Assembly (NCBI RefSeq): GCF_006345805.1
Contig: NC_043015.1
Span: forward strand, 53,196,001 to 53,260,000
Length of the DNA stretch: 64,000 bases
Direction: 5' to 3'
Source: Octopus sinensis
Lineage: Eukaryota
The notes beneath the pieces are model-generated. The model did not search any database, was not told the origin of the DNA, and worked only from the letters and a program-made list of their open reading frames with translations. A program made the translations under genes and the position numbers. This document shows, in pieces, positions 12,001-25,704 of this stretch (its first letter is position 1; each line of letters starts with the position of its first letter).

Positions 12001-12156
12001 TTAGGTTAAGTCAGTGTTTCTCAAAGGGGAGGCCTATGGGACGGTCGGACGAGTTGTTTTGAGAAAATTGGGTTTAAATATTTGACAACTCAGCACCGAC
12101 CATTGGACAGGGGCATTTTGCTCGTATATACATACATACATACATACATACACACA

Positions 12157-12246
<90 letters not shown>

Positions 12247-12564
12247 ATCTTTCTTTAGCTAGGTTAAGCCCGAGAACTGCGGTCATGCTGGGGCAACGTC
12301 CTTAGCTGTACTACACTTTCACTCCTTGAAACCTCGTCTGATCCGGGGGGATTTGGTGAAAGAGGGAGTTTCATGTTACTGCCCTGATTTTCGTTTCTTA
12401 CCACACGGTAGACACACCTTGAACTCTTGATAGAAGGTGGTGCAGCTTTGTTTGGCAGACACCAATATCCACCCCATTTAGGTGGGTTTTGGCGTGGATA
12501 CTGAAGAATTGTTGGTCCTTGAAATGTGAGTTTTGCAGTGACCCTATATACGTGAATACATGTG

Positions 12565-12639
<75 letters not shown>

Positions 12640-12654
12640 TTCTCTCTCTCTCTC

Positions 12655-12690
<36 letters not shown>

Positions 12691-12694
12691 GAGT

Positions 12695-12991
12695 GGAGGC
12701 GCAATAGCCCATTGGTTAGGGCAGCGGACTCGCGGTCGTAGGATCGCGGTTTCGATTCCCAGACCGGGCGTTGTGAATGTTTATTGAGCGAAAACACCTA
12801 AAGCTCCACGAGGCTCCGGCAGGGGGTGGCGTTCCTTGCTGTACTCTTTCGCCAAAACTTTCTCTCACTCTTTATTCTGTTGCCTGCTCGCTTAGCCAGC
12901 GGGGTGGCGTCACTTGATGGCTAAAACAATGTGAAGCGCATTGTGACCAGCGATGTGTACCCACATCTGATAGCCTGGTCGGTCACGTGAT

Positions 12992-12998
<7 letters not shown>
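12695..12998 (+). mobile_element. SINE family I (tRNA-Arg-like head), tail type 1
   Basis: ggaggcgcaatagcccattggttagggcagcggactcgcggtcg.aggatcgcggtttcgattccc resembles tRNA-Arg; ends in cacgtgatcacgtga. Confidence 0.85.
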
Positions 12999-13022
<24 letters not shown>

Positions 13023-13024
<2 letters not shown>

Positions 13025-13216
13025 CTTTTGGCCCCAAAAGTAGGTTTACAGTTATCACATAGGCACTTTAAATTTCTTTTAAAACATTTCATTACATTTA
13101 ACTAAATTATAGAATAATGGTTTCATATTTTTTAATAATTAAGACCGAAATTGTTAATATATAAATGCGAAAGAGATAGTTGAATAACTGTAAACCTACT
13201 TTTGGGCCACCCTGTA
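13023..13216. mobile_element. Tc1/mariner-derived MITE
   Basis: Perfect 23-bp inverted repeat CCCAAAAGTAGGTTTACAGTTAT (13033-13055 and 13184-13206); right end ccaccctgTA within TA context. Confidence 0.8.
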
Positions 13217-13393
13217 TATACATGCATTCGGTTTTACGTACATACTACATACACATACGTTAGTACTTGTAAGCATACATAATGACATACACATGCATAC
13301 ATACATATATTCACACAAACACTCATATGCATACATACATAGATACACACACATATACATACACACCATAAATACATACATAAATATTTACAT

Positions 13394-13465
<72 letters not shown>

Positions 13466-13542
13466 GCACACATGCATACATACTTAAATACACACACATA
13501 CTTATACATACATACACATACATACATGCATACATACATACA

Positions 13543-13573
<31 letters not shown>

Positions 13574-14044
13574 GCATACATACATACACACACATACATA
13601 TATGTATATATACATACATACATACATACACTTTCCAACATACATTTCTTAGACGTTGTGTAAACGCAAATCGAACGCATTCCGCTCGCAATATCTACAC
13701 AACCCACCGACCCTCAACAACAATCCACCCGCAACACGTTCACCACCCGCCTACTACAATAGCCTCCCCTCCCCCTTCATGAAGGAAAACGCTTGTAATT
13801 GGTCGGGTATGTGTTGAAAGAGTTATGGACGGCCTTCACACGATTTTCGCTCAAGTCATCCAGTAACAACATCATAGATTAGACTCACAGATCAATTGTA
13901 ATGTTAGATGAGACGACAAATTTTCATCGGAAGCGCATCGTTTAGTTTTGTTTCTTCAACCGTTTCTCTTTCTCTTTCTCTCTCTCTCTCTCTTTCTTTC
14001 CAGCCCCTACTCTCGTCACCACCATCTTGCCCTCTCCCTTACCA

Positions 14045-14400
14045 CCTCCATCAACATGACCTCCACCACCACCACCTCCACAACCACCACCACCACCACC
14101 TCCACCACCACCACCACCACCACCACCACCACCACCACAACCACCACCACCACCACCACCTCCTCCACCACCACCACCACCACCACCACCACAACCACCA
14201 CCACCACCACCACCACCACCACCACCACCACTACCACCACTGTAATGTCCCCAATCCAGTTACACGTTCCTCACTGCTGCCGCCGCCGCCGCCGCCTCTG
14301 CCGCCGCCTCTGCCGCTGTCATTCTACTCATCACCATCACCACATAACCACCACCATCACCACATAACCACCACCATCACTACCATCGACGCCGCCGCCT
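14045..14400. repeat. (CAC)n-rich trinucleotide array
   Basis: Direct inspection. Confidence 0.9.
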
Positions 14401-14494
14401 CCGCCCGATTTTAGTAATTGATCTGATGCCCACATCTGGAAACATTTGTAACGCTGTCAGATTTTAAGGGGTTTTATTTTTTGAGTTGTTGAAG

Positions 14495-14656
14495 ATGGCG
14501 ATGGTGATGATGATGCTGGCAATGATGATGGTCACGTTGATGATGTTGAGGATGATGATGATGATGATGGTGGTGCTGTTGATGAGACAGTTGATCAGAT
14601 GATGACCAGGATCATGTGTTGATGATGATGATGAAGTAGATGATTTTAATGATGAC

Positions 14657-14703
<47 letters not shown>

Positions 14704-14880
14704 CGATGATGACAATGATGATGATGATGATGATGATGATGATAATGATGATGATGATGATGGTGATGATGGTGATGATGATGACGATGATGATTGCGAT
14801 GAAATTCAAGACGATGATGATCACGACGACGAAGGCGGCAACGACGATGACGGTCATGTTGATTATGATGATGATGAAGA
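14495..14880. repeat. (GAT)n-rich trinucleotide array
   Basis: Direct inspection. Confidence 0.9.
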
Positions 14881-16649
14881 TCAAGATGGTGTGCTGTTGT
14901 CTGTCTGGGAAGGGATGCTTTAGGTGGGAACTAGAGATCTCCGGGTGTCGAGTATCAAGGGGTATCGAGTGTTAAGGTCGATGTATTGGTTTTCAGTGTT
15001 GGACCATCCATTTGCTTTTTTTTTTTCTCCTCACGTTCAGGAGTGGGAGTGTGTGGGGTTATGAGTGCTGTGGGCTGGAGTGAGCTGAAGCGTTGCGCCT
15101 GTGAAGTGGCCTGGTGATCCGGTGATCGATTTGGTGCGACGTTGACACCAGCACGGTATTGGATCAATGTGTGAGGTGAGGGTCATTTGCGGAATTGGCG
15201 GCGGCGTTGGCGGTGCCGGTGATGGTGGTGTCGTTGGCAGGGCACTTGTCAGTAGAAGTGGTTGTGATAGTGGTATTTTGGCGCTGGTACTGGTGTCAGG
15301 AGCAGTAGTGGGGACCTTGATGGTGATGGTGGTGTTAGTGCCGTTGTCGAAAGAAACGGTTGTGGCGGTGGTGGTATTGCTATTAGGTGGAATGGTGGTG
15401 GTGTTGGTAGAGGGCAGTTGTCGGTAAAAGCATTTGTGGCGATGGTGGTGATAGCGCTAGTACTGCTGTCAGGACTCTACTGCTGGTGGCGGAGGTGTTT
15501 TTGGTGATGGTTTTGGTATTGGTATCGGCGTACTTCAGGTTCCAATAGACCCGCTAGCTTTGAAGTGAAATCGGGTAAGTGTTGGGGTTTAAGCAGGAAT
15601 TAGGATAGGGGTTCGTTATTTTCGCTCTTTGACTGGATAAGTTACAGAGTTTCATCATTTGCTGTTGTTGTTTAACCCCAGGTTATCCCTAATCGAGCAA
15701 GCCCATGGTGAAATGTACGCGAAACTCAGGTTTCCTTTACCTAATAATGTTTTTCCCTGAGATATGAGCAACACCATTTGAAGGAAAATTGGCTGCCATT
15801 TCTTGCAGATCAAGTGATCGCATAGATCTTTTCTCATTGTTTATTCAACCGTGGTGTTAGTCTGGAACCGTTTCTTTGTGTGGCATTGGGTTTAGTGAGG
15901 TTACGGTTCGGTGTCAGTCGTGGTATTGATGCGGACGAATTTGATATGGTGACGGGTTAATGGTGTAGCGATGCATTCACAAGGTTCTTGGAGTTTGCTT
16001 GTATTCTTATGCTCGGTTCAATAATTACATACTGTTAATCATAACTGCATGCAACGTTTGTCTTATGCTTATGATGTGTCTTGGATTTATGATGTGTCAA
16101 ATACGATTGTTTATTAAAATCGTTCCAATCACTTAACCGGAACTGCTTCAAAACAAACAAGGATCTTAGAGGCTCTCCAAGTTTTCCCCTCAAAAATTTT
16201 GCCCCTCGATACAGTGACGTGTCATACCCTTCCACTAGATCTTTTTTCTCGCTCCTTTCTCCTACCATACCTCTAATGCAGTATTTAGCGAGTTGTCTTC
16301 TCTTTTCATTTTGTATTTGTTTCGTTTTGTTTCATTTTTCTGAGTTCAAATCACGCCGACGTCTAATTTTTATTTCAGCCTTCGTGGATGGGCTAAATAA
16401 AATACCATTCTAGAGCGGCGATTCTCAACCATTTTGTTTGCCTATGGAACCCCTTTCATTCCTCTTTAACTCGGATGGATCCTCATAGCCATTCGATGTT
16501 TAAAAAATCCTGAGCGAATAGAAGATCTGAATGAGTCTCTGTTGGACTTTGCAGTATCTTATAAATCGTTTCCCATTATACACACCGACCTCTTCTACGT
16601 TACGATTGAATCAGGTCTTCTAAATGAAACGATTCTAACTATGCCGTAG

Positions 16650-16756
16650 AACCTCACTCTCTTTCTTTCGTTTTCTTTCTTTTTTCTTTCCGTCGTTCAT
16701 TCGCTCGCTCGTTCTTTCCTTTCTTTCATTCTGTCGTTCATTCGTTCCCTTCTTTT

Positions 16757-16791
<35 letters not shown>

Positions 16792-17098
16792 GTCGTTTGT
16801 TCGTTCGTTCCTTCCTTACTTTCATTCTTTCTTTCCGTCGTCGTTCGTTCGTTCCTTTCTTTCTTTCTTTCTTTCTTTTCTTTTTTCTTCCGTTCTTTCC
16901 TTCTGTCGATCCTTCCTCCCTTACATTCTTCTTTTCTTTCTTCCTTTCTTTCTGTCGTTCGTCTGTTCCTTCTTTCCTTCCTTCCTTCCTTTCTTTCCTT
17001 CTTTCTTTCTTCCCTTCTTTCTTTCTTTCTTTCTTTCTTCCTTCCTTCCTTCCTTCTCTCCTCTCATTCTTTGTTTGTTTGTTTCTTTCTTTCTTGCT
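16650..17098. repeat. Polypyrimidine (TTTC/TTCC)n tract
   Basis: About 450 bp dominated by C/T. Confidence 0.9.
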
Positions 17099-17588
17099 CC
17101 CATCCACATATTGTTGGAGTTACGGGTTACCAAACACCGGGTGGATTCTCTGGAATTGCTTCCGTATTTGGTTCGTATTCTCCGATAATAGCCACGAGTG
17201 TGGTCTGCTTCCCTTTTCATATGCCCCGATCTTAATTGATCCTTTTTAATCATTGTTTACTTATCTGTAACTCAATGGAATAAAGCGTTCCGTGGTGACC
17301 CGCTGTGCGCTTGTAACACCGACTGCAACCGAGCCAAACAACCGTAATGGTGAAACGCTCAGAGTAACCATAATACAAACTTGTTTTCCCACTTCTCCTC
17401 CCTTCTCTCTCACTCGCTCTCTCTCTCTCTCTCTCTCTCTCCTCTCTCTCTTTCTCTGTGTGTTTGTGTGTGCGTGCGTGTGTATATGTGTGGTGTATAT
17501 ATAGTATATATATATATATATGAATAGATAGATAGATATATTAAATGTTGAAGTGAATCTAACGGTTTTTGCGTGTTTTTAAATGGCC

Positions 17589-18055
17589 TTAGATGCCAAG
17601 AACCCTTCTAAGTATTCTAGTTGTCCCTACTAACACTTTTCTGCAGCTGCAGTGAAGTGGGTTTTATGTCTATTTCCTCTATCCATCTGTTCAGATCTTT
17701 AGGGATAGTTCTAAATGCACCTATAACTACTGGGATACATTTTACCCACACTTTCCATTGTTTCTGTAATTCGATAGCTAGGTCCTGGTACTTTGCTATT
17801 TTTTCTATACTTCTCATATTGACCTTTTTCATCATTTGGGACTGCAGAGATCAATTATCTGGCACTTTCTATTTCCTTTATCTACCTCTACCAAATCAGT
17901 CCTTCTAGATCCTATTACTTTTTCATACTTTCTAGTACTTTACTAGGTTCATGCTCATACCATTTATCAGTATGTTCAAATCCTAGCCTTCTACATAATA
18001 CCCATTGGATTACTCTACCTAGGATGTCATGTCTTTTCTTGTGTTCCAGCATGCT
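17589..18055 (-). pseudogene. R4/Dong-like non-LTR retrotransposon, 3' fragment (restriction-like endonuclease)
   Basis: Translations KRHDILGRVIQWVLCRRLGFEHTDKWYEHEP and EKIAKYQDLAIELQKQWKVWVKCIPVVIGA match the RHD...KY.DL pattern of REL domains in R2/R4-type elements. Confidence 0.8.
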
Positions 18056-18108
<53 letters not shown>

Positions 18109-18137
18109 TATCATCGTCATCATCATCATCATCATCA

Positions 18138-18171
<34 letters not shown>

Positions 18172-18516
18172 GGTTTCCTTTAATTATACCGGGCATCCTC
18201 CGGAGGCTCAACTTATCTCCACATTTATTCCATTTTAGATGGAGAGTGCTTTCCGTAGCATATACTGGCCAGTACCAATTATTATTATCATTGTTGTTGT
18301 TGTTGTGGTTGTTCTTCTTGTTCGTCTTTTTGTGTGTTTGTTTTTGTTCTTTCCTTGTTCTTCTTGTTCTTGTTCTTGTTCTTCTTCTTCTTGTTCTTCT
18401 TGTTCTTCTTCTTCTTCTTCTTCTTCTTCTTCCACTTCTTCTTCCTCTTCTTCTCCTTCTTCCTCCTCCTCCTCTTCCCCTTCATCTTTTTATTATTGTT
18501 GTAGTTGATGTTGTCG

Positions 18517-18548
<32 letters not shown>

Positions 18549-18715
18549 CTTCTTCTTCTTCTTCTTCTTCTTCTTCTTGGTTTTAATGTATCAATTTTTC
18601 TTCATTATATTTTTTTAATGGCTTGATTTATTTATATGGTAGATGAAATAGCACTGGGAACAGAAAGAGCAAAAGAAGAAAAAGAACATATATTAGTAAC
18701 AGTAGTAGTAATAGT

Positions 18716-18750
<35 letters not shown>

Positions 18751-18930
18751 TAGTAGTAGTTGTAGTAGTAGTTGTTGTTGTAGTTGTAGTTTTGATGACG
18801 ATAATGAAAATATTAATATTGATGACGATGATGATAATGATGATGATGATGATGATGATGATGATAGTTGTGGTGGTGGTGGTGGTGGTGGTGGTGGTGG
18901 AGGTGGTGATGGTGATGATGAAAATTATGT
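18056..18930. repeat. Compound trinucleotide arrays (TCA, TTA, TTG, TTC, TAG, TGA, TGG)
   Basis: Direct inspection; short unique spacers between blocks. Confidence 0.9.
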
Positions 18931-20148
18931 TGGTGAAGAAGGAAAGCAAGATAAGGTTGTATTTTATTCCTATTTTATATCGGATTCTTCCATAACTGGA
19001 GCTGCAAGCTGCAGGTTCTATTTTGATACAACAGAGACCAGATTATCCAGCAGCAATTGCATAATATATATATAAATATGCGCGCACACTCGCACTCACA
19101 CACAAATACATACATGCATATATATATCTTATATATATATATATATATATATATATCTATTATATATATATATATAATATATATATATTATATATCTATA
19201 TTATATTATATATATACGTATAATGTATGCATTTATCTATCTGTATTTATATTTCTACTCAGAGGATATCTCTCTCAGGATGTCCTCCTCGCTTGAAGGT
19301 TAATCTCAACATTCTTAAGAGACCGATGCAAAACTTTATCTCACTCAATCACCCCCCTCCTCCTCACATACTAATATCTCCCTAACCGTTTCTCTCTCTC
19401 TCTCTATCTATCTACGTCACTCGTTCCCGCGCTTCCAGTGGGTCTCTTTCTTCGCCTTTCTTACTCACTCTTTACCTCTCTCTTTCTGTTTTTTTCTTGA
19501 AGTAGTTAAGACAGTTTGTCGATCACCGTTTATGGCTAACTTGTAGAGATAACTTGAAGATTTGGCTGTTGGAATGACATGTCTATATTATGGATCGATG
19601 GAAGAGGCCGATAAATAGTCTCATGGCTTCCATAATAAAACGGAAAGAAATATAATAGAATAATGAAAATAAAATAATATTAAAGAAAAGAAATATTAAA
19701 GAAAACACTGCTGTATTTCGTTCTTGTCCAACTTATATAGCCATTTTGTTATTCGCGTGTGCGCGTGTATGTGACAGTGCGCATATACATACATACATGC
19801 ATACATACATGCATACATGAATATATATATATACATATATGTAATTATTTATATATATATCGGATATATTCAGTATATATATATATATATTCAGTATATA
19901 TATACATACATATTATATATATATATATATAATTATTTATATATATATACATACACATATATTGTATATATATATATATATTTATATATAATTATTTATA
20001 TATATATACGTATATATATATATACATATATATACGTATATTTACATAAATATACATTCATATGTATGTGTATATATATGTATACACACACACACACATA
20101 TACATATATATGTACATATATACACATACATATATGTATGTATAATAG

Positions 20149-20181
<33 letters not shown>

Positions 20182-21058
20182 CACATATACATATATATAT
20201 ATATATGTATACATACATTTGCATATATGTATACATATCCATGAATAAACATTTATATATAACGGTATGATTGCAAATATATGCATATATATATACATTA
20301 TATTCGCATACCCCCCCACCACACACACATGCGCGCACATACAGTGAACAGGATCATCCATTATCGTCTCCCCGCCTATCTTCAGAATCGTTCGTATTCC
20401 GCGTTTCTGCAGGATTCTAGACTTAGCTGTTATATTGCTCCCGTCTCTAGCAAGATCCTCCTCTGATCGCAAGATATAATATCCCAAAATACATTCTTTT
20501 GGCAACCAACCTCAACTTCCAAACAAAACACCAGCCTCCCTGTGTCCTGCAGGCTCTCTCTCCATCTCACTCGTTCATTCTCTTTCTCTTCCCCGTCGTC
20601 GTCGTCGTCGTCATCATCATCATCACCATCATCGGTTTTCGTCGTCGTTCTTCGATTATTTATGTGATCATTTCACATCATATTGGCCTACAAAATTATT
20701 TCAGTAGATAACATCGAGAAATTTATTTGCTTTCGTATCTCGCTTTTCCCGTTCTCGCTCTCTTCCTCCTCCTCTTCCCTTCTCCGCTCATCTCTCCGTC
20801 TCTGGCTTCCTCTTCCCCCCTTCGTCGTCGCTGCCCGCCACAGATAGCTTTCTCTCTATTTTCATTTCTCGTTCGCTCTCTCTATGTTTGAACACACACA
20901 CACACACACTCACACACACACACGAATGTATAGTATGAGAATGAGAAAGAGAGTGAGAGAGAGCGAGCGAAAGACTGATAGATGCAATAAATATATCTTT
21001 GTATGTTTCTCCACTATGTCACATTCGTTCTCTCTCTGCCTCTCTCTCTCTCGCTCAT

Positions 21059-21096
<38 letters not shown>

Positions 21097-21333
21097 GAAT
21101 GGGAAGAGAGAGAGAGAAGGAGAGGGATAGAGAGAAGGAAGCGATTAGATTCATCAGTCGATACATAGCTATGTCCTCACGCATATGCTCACGCACGTGT
21201 ATGCATGCGTGTGCACACGCACACACATACACACATACGCATTTATACCTAAATAGAAACAGTTATACAAACACACCCGTATATGTATGTATCTATCTCT
21301 CCGTCCACCATTTCTCTCTTTCTCTCTCTCTGT

Positions 21334-21371
<38 letters not shown>

Positions 21372-21874
21372 GTTTGTGTGTTTGTGTTTGTGCGTGTGTG
21401 AGAGAGAGAGAGAGTGTGTATGTGTGTGTGTGTATGTGCGTGTGTGTGTGTGTGATAGAGGTGTATAAGAAAAGATAGATGATAGAAATATATCTTTCTG
21501 TAATCTATCTGTTCCTATATCTCTATTACCGAGCATTTCTCCGTCTATTTATCTGCTTATCTTTCTTCCACTTCTATAAATCGCCGTTTCTATGAGAACG
21601 AAAGAAGCAATCTTACATACTTATACAGTTCCGCTTGAAGATTGTATTTGCAAAGCCTGCTTCTGCTGTGGACTTCCTTTTCCTGGAAATTCCAGTTTCT
21701 CCGGATTACCATTTGGACTTTTACTAAAGCATAGCGCCACACCCTCATCTCCAGAAACCTTAATTTATGACCTCGAAGCAGAAGCCCTAAGTTTCAAAAC
21801 TGTTACTCATAAGTATCCATTTCCTCTCTGATTTTAATAAACCGTTCACAAATAGATGGAAGATGACCCCGCAA

Positions 21875-22160
21875 CATCATTGTCATCATCATCATCATCA
21901 TCGACTCCTATCTTGAAACCTTGGACTCATATGACCGGGTACCCGGTTATCATGGCGCATAAGTGGCTGAAATCACCCCCAACCGACCCTGAACAGCATA
22001 CCAGCTCGTCGCGGGTTTATGCATTACAGCTGATGGAATTGTGAATTGGAAGAATGTGAAATGAAGTGCTTTGACGAAGAACACAACGGACCGCTCGATC
22101 TGAGATTTGATACCACGATTTTGCGATCGTTAGTGCAACCACTTGGCTACGAGCATTCAA
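21875..22160 (-). mobile_element. SINE family M, degenerate
   Basis: The minus strand reads as a tRNA-like head, then tgttcttcgtcaaagcacttcatttcaca (SINE core-like), ending in a (tga)n tail. Confidence 0.5.
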
Positions 22161-22639
22161 TTGATCCCGATAGCTCTACGCGTATTCCTTCCTTTTTTTC
22201 TATTAAGTCCCAATTTGGTAGAAGTTTTAATGAAGAATTTCCTCTCTCCTTGTGCTGAAGCGCGTATACGTACGCATTATCTCTATTTATCCCCACTCTA
22301 TCTTTACTCAATGCTGTTCTATAGTGTTTTAGCAACAGCGTCAGGTCACCAGATTGCGAGGTGGAACATTTATGATATTTCGTACAGCTGCTGATCACAT
22401 GTCTAATATCTTCCACGGAAAGCAAGATAATCGACATTTTCGGTCGCATCTTGAGGAGGTTTTCCGCTTCATAGTTTTTTTAGTTCATTAAGTATATTAA
22501 AGTTCTGTCTCTGAGTAACTTTAAAGCATAGTGATATAACAACCACGAGGCCAAAAGGAAGACGCACGCTCAATCATATACACACACACGCACATCCATA
22601 TGCGCACATCCTTGTCCGTAAAATCTTCAAGCTTACACA

Positions 22640-23480
22640 TATCTATCTAATGTATGACTTTCTTTGTGATTTTTTTCCACCCATTCTTTATTGGGTCATG
22701 CTAATCCAGTAATTTTGGAATCGCACGAAACATAAGCCGTATTTGATAACAAATTGGTACAAGTAATCTTGAGAATCCTTCTATCATACCTATTCAATGC
22801 ATCCACCGTTAGCGTCATTGGCTGCAATTTTGGATACAGTCCTGGTTAGTGCGGACTTCAGAAATTGTATGGTTTTATGTGGATGTTAATTGACCTCTCT
22901 CTCGACTAAACCCCACACGTAATAGTCCAGTGGATTGCGATCTGGTGAACCACGAAGCCATGTGTACAGAGTAACATGGTTATGGATTGCCCTAGTCTTA
23001 TGACACGGCAGAGAATCTGGTAAAAACGTACGTTCTTCTGTTGCATATTCTGTCGATCCAGGACCTCACAACTATTTCCTTCACTTCTGTGTAGACAGCG
23101 GCATCAACTCTTAGACACTGTGAAAAGAAAAATGTGAGGAAGTCATGACATCTTCCTCGTTGTTGACGGTTTCCAGTACTACAACGGTTGCTAGGAAATT
23201 GATATGGAACTTCACTCGGGTCTTTGGATAACCATCTGTCGTTCAGTCGGTTTACCTTCTCATCGGAGAAAAACCAAAGCATTCCAGCCTCTCGAGTGTT
23301 TTAACTTGTTTGGCAAGCGCTTTGTGCGGATTGAACGATTCTCTCGTGTCACATCCGATATAAACTGACCCCGCCGCATCACATACGGCTTGGGTCTGAT
23401 GTCCTCATCCACAGCTATTCTGATGGGGCATCCTGAAACCTTGAGTTTCTTTGCAATGACTCTGATTGACTTTCCAGCGA
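22640..23480 (-). mobile_element. Decayed Tc1/mariner transposase fragment, maT (DD37D)-like
   Basis: WFFSDEK..NDRW, VMPPHFF-like segment, WIDRICN.R.YVF, SPDRNPLDYYVWG (22900-22960). The D-D spacing cannot be counted because of indels. Confidence 0.75.
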
Positions 23481-23499
23481 TTTTATCAATTATTCTTTT

Positions 23500-23943
23500 T
23501 ATATTTTATCCTTTACTTGTTTCAGTCACTTGAATGCGGCCATGCTGGGGCACCGCCTTGGAGGGTTTTAGCGGAACAAATCGACCCCGGGACATATTTC
23601 TCTAAGCATAGTACTTATTCTATCGGTCTCTTTTACTGAATCGCAATGTTGCGGAAACATAAACACACCAACACCGGTTTTCAAGCGGTGGTGGGAGACA
23701 AACGCGGACACAGGGACACACTCACAAACATGCGCATGCGCACACACACAAACGAATACACACACACGCGTGTATATACGACAGGCTTCATTCAGTTTCC
23801 GTCTACCATATCCGCTCATGAAGCTTTAGTTGGCCCGAGGCTATAGTAAAAGACACTTGTCCAAGGTGCCACGCAGTGGAACTTGAACCCGGAACGATGT
23901 GGTTGGGAGCCCAGCTTCTTACCACACAGCCACGCCTGCGCCT
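23500..23943 (-). mobile_element. Near full-length SINE family A
   Basis: Head on the minus strand gcaggcgtggctgtgtggtaagaagctgggctcccaaccacatcgttccgggttcaag; family core and tail present. Confidence 0.9.
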
Positions 23944-24150
23944 ATTTCCTGAACTTTTCGTACAAAGTGATGTTTCCTGATGGATTTTGGACACTGGGCG
24001 TGCATTTTGCATTTAGCTGCTGATGTAGAACCCCTGTCAGCAGCTTCTAGTTCCTTTCCAAGGAGCGGGCAACTTTCAGGAAGGGAGATACCACTGTATG
24101 GTTGTTGTGTTCGCCTCCTCCTCTCCTACTCCTACATCCTCCTCCTCCTA

Positions 24151-24250
24151 NNNNNNNNNNNNNNNNNNNNNNNNNNNNNNNNNNNNNNNNNNNNNNNNNN
24201 NNNNNNNNNNNNNNNNNNNNNNNNNNNNNNNNNNNNNNNNNNNNNNNNNN
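24151..24250. other. Assembly gap (100 N)
   Basis: Run of n; the round length suggests a placeholder of unknown true size. Confidence 0.99.
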
Positions 24251-24559
24251 ATCTTGCTATCACTCATTACACTACTGCATAGATTTCAATATTTTTTTGT
24301 TTTATAAACTAGAACTCTGAATATTCTTTATTCACTCCTCTTTAAGAAATCACTGAAAATGTATTCTTTCTATGTGTTGCCTTCTAAAAATGTTGACTAC
24401 GCACGTTATGTCACAACTCGAAAATGTAGGATGCATTCTGTATGCGCGGGGACATACATCATACGTAGAGACAGACAGACACACACACACACATGCGCGC
24501 ACGCATTTATGCGTGAATGTGTGTGTTTCGTGTGTCTAAAAACACAAAAATGTACAAAA

Positions 24560-24690
24560 AATGCAGAGTCGATGAGAAGACGAACAATAAAATTGTATTT
24601 GTTTAACGCACAGGAAAAATAGAGCAAGTCTTAAATGTTTCGAGCCTAAGCTCGTCTACTGAGAGGAACGGAGACAGACAAACAAACAAA
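24560..24690 (-). mobile_element. Family G pseudo-LTR remnant with heavily decayed hammerhead
   Basis: Minus strand CAGTAGA-C-GAGC-TTAG-GCTC-GAAA-CA-TT at ~24627-24665. Confidence 0.45.
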
Positions 24691-25392
24691 CAATATACGT
24701 GTGTGAATTAATGGTTACAATATGCTGGACGACCTCGGCAGGATTTGAACTCAGAATGTAAAGAACCGGAAGAAATAACGCTAGGCATTTTGTGTTAAGT
24801 GCTAATAATTCTGCCAACGAAATAACAGCAATTAAAACAACATAGAAAGACAGAGTCAAGAGAAGAAGCATAAACAACTTTCACATCATGATGATGTGTG
24901 CTTCTACTCGGATGCTTTGCAGCAACCATCCCGACAGCAACGTTTCGGTTGAGCCTGTTTAATAGTTTTTTCTTACAGTCTTTATGACGTAATAAAACTT
25001 CGCTGCTTCATACAAATAATTTTCCGTCTGTATATTTGGACGAATTTCAATTCGATAACCTGATTATATTCTTTGATGGCAGCATCATCCGTTGTTTCGC
25101 TTTCTTTTTCTTCAAAACTCCAGACATGACGTCATTTCTTGCGATATAGCTCTGTGGGAAATACGTCACAATTTCGTGTGTATGGCGTCAGTACTTTAGC
25201 TTAGGTGAGTTCATAAAGAATATTTAATTATTTATCAGCTATTAATTTTATCCTGGGAAGTAGATATATTTAGATTTTGTAACGGGACATAAAAGGGGTT
25301 GTAGACAACCTAATTTTCAGGATGTATACACACATACATCCCACGTACGTACGTACATATATACGTACATACTTACATACAGACAGACATAC

Positions 25393-25574
25393 TACAGTTC
25401 CATATTTAAGAGATGAGGAATTTATGTTATTTACATTATTTACATTTGACGGATATTTGTCCTCATCTTGTTTGTTAACACAACGTTTCGGCTGATATAC
25501 CCTCCAGCCTTCATCAGGTGTCTTGGGGAAATTTCCATCCTGGATTCTCATTCCTAAGGTATTTTTCGATGTTG

Positions 25575-25623
<49 letters not shown>

Positions 25624-25684
25624 GATTCAGGTCACTGATTGGAATCGAACTCGGAATCCTGGGATTAGTAACCTGCGCTCTTAA
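25393..25684 (-). mobile_element. Penelope-like family C 3' end: tRNA-like module, (AAT)n, pseudo-LTR
   Basis: Minus strand: ttaagagcgcaggttactaatcccaggattccGAGTTCGATTCC, then (aat)n, then aacatcgaaaaataccttaggaatgag...HHR...cctcatctcttaaatatggaactgta. Same order as 55107-55370. Confidence 0.8.
25477..25522 (-). ncRNA. Minimal type I hammerhead ribozyme (family C)
   Basis: GACAC-CUGAUGA-A-GGCUG-gagggtatat-CAGCC-GAAA-CG-UU-GUGUU: stem I, intact core, 5-bp stem II, palindromic ACGU stem III, GUU site. Confidence 0.85.
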
Positions 25685-25704
25685 GAAGTTCGAAATTTCC
25701 CCAA

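Noticed and set aside
12010-12130. hAT-like starts CAGTGTTTCTCAAA (12016) and GCGATTCTCAACC (~16419)
   Set aside because: No matching opposite TIR or TSD found; too little support to annotate.
12695-12770. tRNA gene calls for SINE heads (families A, B, I and the family C module)
   Set aside because: The acceptor and anticodon stems do not pair properly and each continues into a repeat body; these are tRNA-derived, not tRNAs.
24935-24975. aacgtttcgg motif resembling a hammerhead 3' half on the minus strand
   Set aside because: No CUGANGA or stem II upstream.
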